From positions 1,288,091 through 1,352,090 of the forward strand of contig NW_003314279.1 of assembly GCF_000143415.4 (NCBI RefSeq): a stretch of DNA of 64,000 bases, written 5' to 3'. The position numbers were made by a program, and so were the translations under genes. Numbering within the stretch: position 1 is the stretch's first letter; each line of letters starts with the position of its first letter. Of this stretch, positions 1 to 9,634 are shown one piece after another. The DNA comes from Selaginella moellendorffii (taxonomy: Eukaryota; Plantae; Lycopodiophyta). The notes under the pieces were generated by a model that worked only from the letters and a program-made list of their open reading frames with translations, had not been told where the DNA came from and did not search any database.

Positions 1-528
1 CGCTACGTGGACGCCGTCGTCACCATCCCCAAAGGCTCACTATTCCCTCTCAGCGGATCCAACGTAGCGTTTGATCGACGGCTGATAGGACCATGCATGC
101 TTCTTCGTCTAGGCATCGGCGGCCAGGATTCGCTGTTCTCGGGCTCTAGCAGCTCCACGAGTGTCGATGATGTCTGGGCTGGCTTGTGTGCTAAAGTGGT
201 AGCGGACCATCTCGGCTTTGGCGTCAAGACTGGAGTTCCATACGTTTGGAGAGGACCTGATAGTTCTTTTTCTTCCAATGGCGCTGTTGCTGGGGCTCTT
301 GCAAGCTTGAAGACCGAGTTTAAACCGCTGCTCCTGCTGGAAGACGTCGTACCTTTCTTCCAAACTCTTCGGCTTTCCAAGAATGCTACTAACGCGGAGG
401 ATTGCTACGCGGAGATTGCTCGAATGGTTAAAGGTAAGCTGAGAGGTCTCGATCCGAGCTTTGAAAGAGTAGCTGCTGTCATGGAGACCTGGGCTGATGC
501 CTGGAAAGCCATCAACTCTGCTGTGTAA
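1..528 (+). CDS. Reversibly glycosylated polypeptide / UDP-arabinopyranose mutase-like (GT75), C-terminal part; 5' end lies outside the window
   Basis: Frame 1 is open from base 1: RYVDAVVTIPKGSLFPLSGSNVAFDRRLIGP...DDVWAGLCAKVVADHLGFGVKTGVPYVW...EDVVPFFQ. This matches the RGP consensus RYVDAVxTIPKGxLFP...DDxWAGxCxKVxxDHLGxGVKTGxPY. Divergent, closer to class 2 (RGP5 type). Confidence 0.88.
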   Translation, partial: RYVDAVVTIPKGSLFPLSGSNVAFDRRLIGPCMLLRLGIGGQDSLFSGSSSSTSVDDVWAGLCAKVVADHLGFGVKTGVPYVWRGPDSSFSSNGAVAGALASLKTEFKPLLLLEDVVPFFQTLRLSKNATNAEDCYAEIARMVKGKLRGLDPSFERVAAVMETWADAWKAINSAV

Positions 529-597
529 GATCTTCAAACAAAATTTATTACCTCTGAACGAAAGCCGAATAAAATATGAGTTATCTTCACCGGTGCT

Positions 598-2648
598 TCA
601 CCTCTTTTGGCAATCTCGAGGTCGGCAGAGTGTCCAGAGTACTGCAGCCAAGAGTACTACGGTAGAAGCTCCAGCAGAAGAAATAAAACCAAACTGAGGA
701 CAAGTCTTTTGTGACAGTTGTAGAGACATAGTGCCGAACTTGCTCCGAGGACGAGACCCCCCAACCCTGCTCAAATAAAGAATTTATTAACCAAAACAAG
801 TTCAGAGACAAACCATACCCGATTGCATTTTTGAAGGCTTGCCAAAATCCAGTTTCCCCATTTCCTGTTGATAAAGTGCTCAAGCATTGTAAGAAACCAC
901 AAAATTACTTTACCTTGAGTCGATTTTCTCCCACTGAAAGTGTTCTTTGTTTTCCAATCGCTCTTCAACCTTTGCAAATGAGCCAGTCGTTCAACCAGCT
1001 GAATTTCCTCAGAGCTGCAACAAAAAAAATATTGAACGACAAATCCAGTGCAGCTGTTTCACGCACCTCAAGGACCTGGGAATTTTTACTTGAATTGTAA
1101 AAATGTGGCTACCCCGAGTACGCGGTGAACCTAGCCTCGGAACACCTTGATTTGGAAGCACCACCGTGTCACCGGGTTGAGTACCTGGAGGGATTCGTAT
1201 AACAGCTTTACCACCCAGTGTATTCACCTACAAAACTTGGACGTAAGCCACGCAATCCAGCCCACAAAAAAGAGTGTTACCTCCACTAATGTCCCAAGGA
1301 TAGCATCCACATAACTAACCGAGATGGTAGAAACGAGGTTATTCCCCTCCCTTTTGATGCCAGGATAATCTTTTACTTTCAAAGAGATGTAGAGATCTCC
1401 AGGCGGGGTCCTATAAAAAAAAACAATGTGTTTTGAAGTAGATTTTGTTTCGAAGATCGTACCTCCTCGGCCCTGCATGTCCTTCATGAGGCACTCGTAG
1501 TGTGTTGCCATTTTTCACACCGGCTGGCACCTTCACGTCAATCGTTTTCTTGGTTAAAACTACGCCTTCGCCTCCGCAAGTTCTACAGTAGTCGAGAATG
1601 ACTTCGCCCCGGCCCTCACAATCTGTACAAACTGAAACCTGTGGCATAAGCGAAACTTAAGAGCCTAAGTAGGAAACACAGCTGCCATTACCCTGGAAAA
1701 TGTACCGTAGCTTGCTTGCTGTGTTTCAAATGTTTGTCCTCTGCCACGGCAACCCTTACATGGCTTCACCTTTCCTAAGTACGCCCCAGAGCCATCACAA
1801 CTGTTGCATGTTTCTAAATGTGAAACTTCGATCTTCTTTTCTGCTCCAAAAATTCCTTCCGTAAACTCCAAATGCAGCTCGTACCTGGCTTCACAGAATC
1901 AGAGCAGCGTATACATCAATCAGAGATTATACCCAAGATCCGCGCCCTGGAAGTTCTCGGGTCTCATTCCAGCCATTTCTCCAAATACAGACCGGAAGAT
2001 ATCGAAAGGATTCGTCTGTACCAAAAAAATATAAACCATCAAATCTAGAGACGAGAAGGATCACACTTACAGGAGGCACACCGTTTTGAAAATCGGCATC
2101 GCCATACTTATCGTAGTATTCTTTCTTCTCCGGGTCCGAAAGCACCTGCGGTAAATCCAGGCTTCAAAGTCTCGAGCCAGTGTGAGAGGAAAAAATAAAA
2201 CCTCGTAAGCTGCACTGATTGCCTTGAACTTCTCCTCGTTCCCGGGAGCTTTGTCTGGATGGTACTGCCAACAAAAGGCTAGAAATCTCAGATGAAAACT
2301 AGAGCCAGAAAATGTGAGCAAAACCTTCTTCGCGAGCTTTCGGTATGCATGTTTTACTTCCAGAATGGTGGCTGTTCTTGGAACTCCCAGAGTTTCGTAG
2401 TAATCCACAGCCATGGTCGCAAAATGCATGCCGCTGGAGCTGCACCCCTTCACTCGATTCTTCCTTTTCTGAGAGGTAAACAGCAAAATCTCACCGCTGC
2501 GAAATGCACAGCCAGATCCCGTCCAGAATCTCGCGCGCTCAGCCAGCTTCAAGGCGCCGATGCACATCCGCCGTCGTCCATCCCCAGAAGATCTCACTCT
2601 CCTGCTGTAGCAGCAGCAGCCGGGAGCGCTGGGCGACAGGATCGCCAT
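598..2648 (-). CDS. Type I (class A) DnaJ co-chaperone, probably plastid-targeted, multi-exon
   Basis: Transit-peptide-like N-terminus ([10 protein letters not shown]...), then J domain (DYYETLGV...AYRKLA|QYHPDK...[17 protein letters not shown]). Four CxxCxGxG zinc motifs ([32 protein letters not shown]). C-terminal domain VKVPAGV...GDLYISL...IPPGTQPGD. Last exon frame was predicted manually (stop at 598). Confidence 0.9.
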
Positions 2649-2715
2649 GGCATTCCTTTCGAGAAGAAAAAAGAGAAATTTAGGGCACAAGGGTTTAGGG
2701 TTCTTGCGCGCGTGA
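2649..2715. promoter_or_regulatory. 67-bp bidirectional promoter region with telo-box motifs between DnaJ and the P-class PPR
   Basis: AAATTTAGGGCACAAGGGTTTAGGGTT at about 2676-2702 lies between divergent ATGs at 2648 and 2716. Confidence 0.55.
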
Positions 2716-4476
2716 ATGTGGAGCTTGCGCGAGGTAAGATCTAGCGCTTCGCCGGAGTCGAGATCACAATGAGGATTTCAGGCATGGATCCTGTGCAGGC
2801 GAAGGAATGCGGCACCCAGATTCACACTGGAGCGCAATGGAAGAAGCATCCTGCATTGCTGCTCCAGGAGCTATCTCACGATCGAGGAGACGCGAGAATA
2901 CTTTCCAGAGTATCAGTCTATGCTTCCAGATCAAGCGGACCATCTCGGGGTGGAGCACATCAAGCTTCTCAACCAAGAGCTCAAGGATCAGTCCCGCATA
3001 GAGGCCTTGCTTGGCGATGGCGAGAAGGAAGTGGAGGAGTACTGCCAGATCGCGGAGCCGCTGTGGAAGAAGGTGAAGAAGCTGATCAAAGGCGTGGACG
3101 CCTCTCGCAATGTGGTGAGAGTCTTTCGAGAGAACGAGCTCGACATGACCAAGGCGATGATGAGGGGCGTCTTGTTCAAGCTCCTCCGGAACGAGAAATA
3201 CAAGCCCGGCTGGAAAGTCGCCAACTACATGATCCGTTCGGAGAAGTTCGAGCTGGGAGAGCTCGACTACATGTTCCAGATCGCTTTCGCGGCGCTGGCC
3301 GGGTGCGATCGAGCAGCTGAGAACATCTTTGCGAATCTCCCCCGGGTTTACAAGCGCAAGAAGGCGCTTCTCGTCCTCATGGCCGGAAGTTCGCCCCAGC
3401 GAGAGAACCGGGTGGTGATGGAGAAACTTTTCAAGGAGCTCAAGCACAGGTCGTGGTATACCGAGGCCTCGGGGCTCAACCAGATGATGCTGTTCTCCTT
3501 GCAGCCGGACTTGAGGAAACGGATACCGGATCTCTTCGAGGAGGCAAAGTCACTGGGAGTGGCACCGGACGTGAGCTCGTACAACTTGTACCTCGGCTTC
3601 CACTGCAAGGAGAAGAACGCCAGCGGCTTGGAGGAGGTGTACCAGATGCTCCAGGAGGACCCAAACGCGAGGCCCGATGAGTCGACGCTGCTCATCCTCG
3701 CTTGCGGATACATCTCGGTCGGGTGCTTCGACAAGGCCGGGAAAGCTCTGGTGGAGCTCGAGGAGGGACTCGACTCGGGCTTGTTCCGGAGGAAGCAGGC
3801 AACTTACAACAAGCTGCTGCGGCTGTATGGAGACACCAAAGACAAGGAGGGAGTGGAGAACATCTGGAGCATCCTGAGCAGCCGGCCTCTCAAGGCCGTG
3901 GACAGCTACAGCTACGCCATCGCCGCGTTTGGGAAAGCCGAGGGAGTCCACAAGGCGGAGGAGATCTTCGCCAAAGTGGACGGGCTCCTGGAGACGAACC
4001 AAGTCATCGCCATGCTCAGCGTCTACACGCACTACGGCTACGCGGACAAGGCCCGGGAGCTCTTCCAGAAGCTCCCGCGGAAGAGGATGAAGCACAGGCT
4101 CGTCGTTTACAAGTATCTCATCGCGGGCTACCTGCGTGAGGGAGAGGTGAAGAAGGCGCTCCAGGTTTTCACCATGGGGTGCACGGTGCTGAGGGATCGC
4201 TGCATTTGCTCCGCGTGGGAGAGGGTGGTGCTCGATCTGCTGGATCATTTCGCAAGCCGCGGGGAGGTGGCGGTGATCGACAGGATCTTCCGGATGAACA
4301 GCGTGCTCAAGCATTTCATCAACATGCGGGTCTACAGGGTGGTGCTCAAGGCCTACTTGAACCACGGGGCTTCTCTCAAGCGTTTCATGGACTGGACGAT
4401 GGAGATGGGCTTCTCCGTGGATGCCGAGACGAGGGAGCTGCTCACGCTGCTCCAGTCGCGATTCCGCAAACGATAA
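2716..4476 (+). CDS. P-class pentatricopeptide repeat protein, probably mitochondrial
   Basis: 518-aa ORF with 35-aa repeats ([67 protein letters not shown]). It extends upstream through a 48-nt GT-AG intron (2734-2781) to MWSLRE|[14 protein letters not shown], an Arg-rich presequence-like start. Confidence 0.85.
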
Positions 4477-4550
4477 GTAAGCTTTTAAAGAATTCTATGT
4501 TGATGCATTTGGAGCTAAGTTGTTTGGCCAGGAGCTTGTTTTCGTTCTTG

Positions 4551-4632
4551 GTGGACGTGCCGGAGTGGTTATCGGGCATGACTAGAAATCATGTGGGCTT
4601 TGCCCGCGCAGGTTCGAATCCTGCCGTCCACG
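4551..4632 (+). tRNA. tRNA-Ser(AGA)
   Basis: Acceptor stem GTGGACG/CGTCCAC with discriminator G. D loop GAGTGGTTATC. Anticodon arm GCATGA-CTAGAAA-TCATGT. Long variable arm GGGCTTTGCCC. T loop GGTTCGAATCC. TTTT Pol III terminator about 9 nt downstream. Confidence 0.97.
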
Positions 4633-4710
4633 GCCGAATCTTTTGTCTGATTAAGTCTTGTTTTCTCTTTTTTTTTTTTCTCTGAAAAAAAAATGGTTTT
4701 TATTTTCTTG

Positions 4711-5756
4711 TCAGGCTTGTGCTTTATCGCTCTTTGCAAGAGGCAAGTACCATTCGGGACCGAAGCCAGCTTCTTTTCTCGCGGCTTCATTGAAAGGTGG
4801 TTTCAAGGGACCTCTGAAATGCTTCCTCACAGTGGTGTGGAACTCTTTGACAATGGCAGCCTTGTCCACCTCGCCTTCTCGGCCTTGCGCTCTTCGCTCG
4901 CACAGGAATGCAAACCACTTGACACCAGCCGCACAGTGAGTGATCTCCTCGGGATAGATCACAGACTCGAGCAGCTTGGCAGTCTCCTCGTCGCCATTCT
5001 TCCGGAAACGCGAGATGGTGGTGGGAAGAACATCGAGACCCCGAGCCTGCGATCAAAGTTTCAAGTTAAGATCTTCACGCAAACAGAGAGTCCAACCTCG
5101 TGAACGCAATGCTCCACGGCGAGCCTGGCTGCTAGATCGCCGGAAGTTTCGATAGCGGAGCTCCACAGGCCTTCGTGAGCAGGAAACTCGCCGTAGAAGG
5201 ATCCCAGCTCCGCGAGCCGAGCAGCCAGGAGCCTGAAATGCCTGCCTTCGTCTTGAGCAACCTGGACGAAATCGTCGAAGAACTCTCTTGGCAGCCGCTC
5301 CTCCTCGCCAAATCGAGCTATAATATCCTGAGCAACACACAAGTGTTTACTATAAAGTAGTGGACGGAGATTTTGTCCGGAGAACATACCCAAGAAAGAT
5401 CGATCGCCCAGCTCTCGATGTTGACAAGACTGTGGAGAAGCGCCTTGCGGCTTAGCAAGCTACCGGCCTTGCCAAGCTTGGGCATTTGCTGAGGAGCCAC
5501 CAGCTTCACCTAGCGAGAGAGCATCGTTCTAACAGAGCTCCAAATGGAAATCAAAGAGGAAACTTACGATGGAGTTGCGGGCAGGATGATCCGGTACTTT
5601 TTGTTCTTGTGCAGTGGCATAGGGCACGAGAATGGCTCCGCTCTGCCAGAGAGTAGCGGCGGTGTCTCCATACTCGGCCTTCTTTTATGGATCACCCATG
5701 CACAGCACTTTGAGCGCCGCCATTGTAAGAGTGTCGCCTGCCGCTGGCTCACTCAT
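4711..5756 (-). pseudogene. DUF455 ferritin-like (di-iron) protein gene with an in-frame TAA at codon 24 (null allele, pseudogene or sequence error)
   Basis: Spliced product MSEPAAGDTLTMAALKVLCMGDP*KKAEYGD...PDHPARNSI|VKLVAPQQMPKLGKAGSLLSRKALLHSLVNIESWAIDLSW|DIIARFG...DEGRHF...HEGLW...EHCVHE|ARGLD...IYPEEITHCAAGVKWF...LKPPFNEAARKEAGFGPEWY. TAA at 5685-5687. Confidence 0.8.
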
Positions 5757-5957
5757 TATTCCAGTTCTTTATTGCAACACGACCTAGTCCTACGTAGTAA
5801 TTTACTTTAAAAACCTTCCTTTAAACGATTCCGTTCAGATAAGCAACATTGCTTTGAATTTGTTATAATTGTGATCAATTTTAATTCTTATGAACTATAT
5901 ATTTTAAAAATCCTAGTTGCTGTGCTGAAGAGTTTTCTTTTTTTAAGAATTAAAATA

Positions 5958-7628
5958 TTAAAATAAATTCATGTGTTGTTGATAGAGTTCGTTTACTTCT
6001 TGAAGATGATTAGATCGAATGAACAAATCTAACATACAAGAATAGTGTTGCTTGGTTGGAACCAAAGCATAATCTATTGACATAGAATGATAGTAAGCTA
6101 ATCCTTTAGAGAGTGTCCCTGTACAACTGCAAGAGGCAAGAAGTGATGTAAAACTCGCATTGTCTGGAGAATATATAATACTTAAACAGTGGAAGATTTG
6201 ACTAGATTTTTCGAAGTCATGAGAATATGCAGCCAAAAGTATGCTGGGCGATACCAAGTCATGCTCAGGCATCATATTGTAAAGCTTCCATGCATTCCCC
6301 AAGTAGTTTCTACAAGAAACAGCAGTGAGCATTGTGTTCCAGGACACAATATTTCTATCGGGCATAGCCTCAAAAATACCCCTTGCTTTTGCAAGGTCGC
6401 CAACTCTAGAATACACCTCAAGCAGTGCATTCCATGAGATTTGATCATGCTGGGGCATTTTCTCAAAAACTTGCTTGGCTTTCTCCACATGCAAGTTATC
6501 AGCATATCCCACCAGCAGAGAATTCCAAGAGCAAAGACACTTGCAAGGCAATCGCTCGAACAAAGACTCAACTTCGTTGAGATGCCCGGAGCGCGAGTAT
6601 CCAGAGAGCATGCTAGTCCATGACACTTGATCGTGTTGGGGCATAGCCTTGAATGTATGGATGGCATCTTTGATGTTTCCATTTTGAATGTAAGCTGAAA
6701 GAATGGCGTTCCAAGCAACCAGGTTCTTACAAGGCATCATGTCGAAGATTCTCTGGGAGTTTGCGATATCCCCTTCCAAGGCGAATGCTTGAATGCAAGT
6801 GGTCCAGGAGACTAGATTCCAAGCCGGCATCTCGTCAAAGAATCGTTTTACCTTTTCCAAATCCCTTGATTCATTGAAACCATTCAGAACTGCATTGAAC
6901 AAAGCTATATCCCACTCTGGAATCTCTCTAAACAAGCTCATGGCGTCCGTGTTGCTAAAGGCCTTGGCATATGCAGAAATCATTATTGTCCAGGAAACTA
7001 CATTCCATTGTGGCATGCGATCAAAAAAATACCTCGCATCCTCCAGGTCTTGATTCTCGGCATATCCTACGAGCAGTGCGTTCCAGGAGTAGATGCTCCT
7101 CCATGGCATTCCATCAAATACCATCTTTGCTTCTTCAAGATTCCCACTTTGGGAATAAGCAGACAGCATTGTTGTGTATGAGATTATATCTCTTTCTGGA
7201 AACTCATCAAACAAAATTCTCATCGTAAATATGTCACCATCGGTTAAGTAGGCGTTCAGCATGGCATTGTATGCCGCAACGTCCCGCATGGGCATATGAT
7301 CAAAACACCATTTGACACGCTCAAAATCCCCAGTTGTGGTATATGCAGCCATCATAGATGTCCACGAGAGCATTGTTTTCTCGGGCATTCTATCGTAAAA
7401 CCATTTTGCTTTTCCAGCATCGCCATGTGTGGAATATGCTGACATCATTGTGTTCCAGGAGATGGAATCGTGCTGCGGCATTGCGTCAAAGATGAGACGA
7501 GCTTTGTCCAGATGCCCTTTGGAGGCCTCTGCGATTATAAGCTTCGTAGATGCGACCATGGCTTCGAATGGTGTTGGCTCAAAGAACGAATGCGTCGTGC
7601 TGCCCATTGATGGATCGGGCAAGAGCAT
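5958..7628 (-). CDS. PLS-class PPR protein (tandem 31-aa repeats), C-terminally truncated before the E domain
   Basis: Repeats of the form FDxMPxxxxxSWxxMLxAYxxxG. Ends at PTKQHYSCMLDLFIRSNHLQEVNELYQQHMNLF* with no E1 WxxLLxAC motif. Confidence 0.88.
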   Translation of the reverse strand: MLLPDPSMGSTTHSFFEPTPFEAMVASTKLIIAEASKGHLDKARLIFDAMPQHDSISWNTMMSAYSTHGDAGKAKWFYDRMPEKTMLSWTSMMAAYTTTGDFERVKWCFDHMPMRDVAAYNAMLNAYLTDGDIFTMRILFDEFPERDIISYTTMLSAYSQSGNLEEAKMVFDGMPWRSIYSWNALLVGYAENQDLEDARYFFDRMPQWNVVSWTIMISAYAKAFSNTDAMSLFREIPEWDIALFNAVLNGFNESRDLEKVKRFFDEMPAWNLVSWTTCIQAFALEGDIANSQRIFDMMPCKNLVAWNAILSAYIQNGNIKDAIHTFKAMPQHDQVSWTSMLSGYSRSGHLNEVESLFERLPCKCLCSWNSLLVGYADNLHVEKAKQVFEKMPQHDQISWNALLEVYSRVGDLAKARGIFEAMPDRNIVSWNTMLTAVSCRNYLGNAWKLYNMMPEHDLVSPSILLAAYSHDFEKSSQIFHCLSIIYSPDNASFTSLLASCSCTGTLSKGLAYYHSMSIDYALVPTKQHYSCMLDLFIRSNHLQEVNELYQQHMNLF

Positions 7629-7693
7629 GAGTTTCAATCAAGCGTGCGTCACAAAACTATTGGTTATCGAAAATCAAAAGCAAAACAGATGGA

Positions 7694-9634
7694 ATGCTTC
7701 AGCCTCGGGACTGCATCGAACTGATCAAGAGCTGCGATGACCTCACAACAGCCAGAAAAATTCACGCGACCCTTTCCAGCAACACCAGCCCTTTCGTCAC
7801 CAACAAGCTCATCGAGATGTATGGGCGCTGCGGCAGCGTCCAGGATGCTAGGAAGATCTTTGCGGCAATCGAGGACAAGAAGAAAAAAAGTGTCTTCACT
7901 TGGGTCGCAATGCTCACTGCATACACTCGTAATGGTCACCTTGATCGAGCAAAGCAGCTGTTCGACGAAATGCCCGAGTGGGACGTCACCGTCTGGAACA
8001 CCATGCTTGCAGCATATGCCAAGAACGGGCGTTTGCAGGTTGCAAAATTAATGTTCGATGAGCTACCACAAAAGAACTACATTTCTTGGAACGCAATGCT
8101 CAGCGCTTACTCGCAAAACAGGAATCTTGCGGAAGCCTTGACGACGTTTGAGGCCATGCCACAACATGATGTTAGCTCTTGGAATGCTGTTCTTGCGGCG
8201 TATACCCAAAATGGGCACCTTGAGAAATCCAAGCTGGTGTTTGATGCCATGCCGGAGAGGGACTTGATTTCCTGGGCTTCTATGCTAGCTGCGTATGCCC
8301 AAAACGGGCATCTCGAGCTTGCCGAGAGAATCTTTGATGAAATGCCACAGCAAAATCTTATCTCGATGAATGCCAGGCTCGCTGCTTTTGCTCAAAACGG
8401 TCATCTTTCTGAGGCAAAGTTGGCGTTCGATAGAATGCCCCAATGGAACTTAATCTCTTGGAATACATTAATGAGTGCCTATGCTCAAAATGGATTTCCC
8501 TTAGAGGCGAGATCTCTCTTCGACGAGATGCCGCAGCGAAATGTGATATCTTGGACGGCAATGCTTTCCGCATATGCCCAATATGGGCTTATCGAGAAAT
8601 GCGTGGACATTTTCGAGAGCATGCCTCAGTGGAACTTGGTGTCATGGAATGCCATGCTAACTGCATATGCTCATCGAGGAGATTTAGAAAACTTTTTAGA
8701 ACTCTTTGAAAAAATGCCAGAACACAACGTGGTGTCTCAAAATGCCTTGTTGGGCGCTTGCTTCCAGAGTGGAGATCTAAAGAGGATGCAACACTTTTTT
8801 GAGACTATGGCTCATCGCAATCTTGTCTCGTGGAATGTTGTTCTCTCCGGATATGCCCAAGGTGGATATCTCGAGGAAGTACAGATGGTTTTCAATGAAA
8901 TGCCCGAAAGGAATATCATCTCCTGGAACGCCACCTTTAGCGGCTATAGCCAACATGGTTATATCCAGGAAGCCAAGTTTATATTCGACAGCATGCCGTA
9001 CCACTCTCCAGTCTCGTGGACTTCGATGCTTGCTGCTTACAGCCACAATGGCCGCAAGGATCAAGCAAAGAAAGTCTTTGAAGAAATGCCAGAAAGAGAC
9101 ACCATCTCGTGGAACGCGATGCTGGCAACTTACGCCCAAAACCGGCATCTGGAGGAGGCCAAGAGGTTTTTCTTCGAAATGAAGGTGGCGGACTCGTTCG
9201 ACGAGCTGAGTTTGATACTGATCCTGATTGCTTGCAGTCACGAAGGCAAAGTTCATAGTGGAAGAAACTTCTTTGTTGGGATGATCGAGGGCCACCAAAT
9301 GAGACCCTCGCAGCAGCACTACTGCTGCATGGTGGACCTGTTTGCTCGAGCTGGGTACACGAGAGACGCCAGAGATTTGATCGAAAACATGCCTTTTGAA
9401 GCTAATGGTGTGGACTGGACGTCCGTGCTTGGGTCTCACAGAGGCTGTGAGCTCCACGAACGAGCCAAGGAAGCAACGAAATCCATCTTTGATGTCATTC
9501 CAGAGAAAGGAGCTCCATATGTGCTGCTGTCGCAAGCTTGCATCTTGGCACCAAATGCTTGCCAAGAAATGGACAAAACTCGATCCAAAGAAGAGGTTGG
9601 AACTGATCCTCCGGTGTTGTTAGGCAGAGGCTAG
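7694..9634 (+). CDS. PLS-class PPR-E protein (organellar C-to-U editing specificity factor), no DYW domain
   Basis: N-terminal LIEMYGRCGSVQDARKIF, about 14 tandem 31-aa repeats, then LIACSHEG...HYCCMVDLFARAG...DWTSVLG...GAPYVLLS. Confidence 0.93.
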   Translation: MLQPRDCIELIKSCDDLTTARKIHATLSSNTSPFVTNKLIEMYGRCGSVQDARKIFAAIEDKKKKSVFTWVAMLTAYTRNGHLDRAKQLFDEMPEWDVTVWNTMLAAYAKNGRLQVAKLMFDELPQKNYISWNAMLSAYSQNRNLAEALTTFEAMPQHDVSSWNAVLAAYTQNGHLEKSKLVFDAMPERDLISWASMLAAYAQNGHLELAERIFDEMPQQNLISMNARLAAFAQNGHLSEAKLAFDRMPQWNLISWNTLMSAYAQNGFPLEARSLFDEMPQRNVISWTAMLSAYAQYGLIEKCVDIFESMPQWNLVSWNAMLTAYAHRGDLENFLELFEKMPEHNVVSQNALLGACFQSGDLKRMQHFFETMAHRNLVSWNVVLSGYAQGGYLEEVQMVFNEMPERNIISWNATFSGYSQHGYIQEAKFIFDSMPYHSPVSWTSMLAAYSHNGRKDQAKKVFEEMPERDTISWNAMLATYAQNRHLEEAKRFFFEMKVADSFDELSLILILIACSHEGKVHSGRNFFVGMIEGHQMRPSQQHYCCMVDLFARAGYTRDARDLIENMPFEANGVDWTSVLGSHRGCELHERAKEATKSIFDVIPEKGAPYVLLSQACILAPNACQEMDKTRSKEEVGTDPPVLLGRG

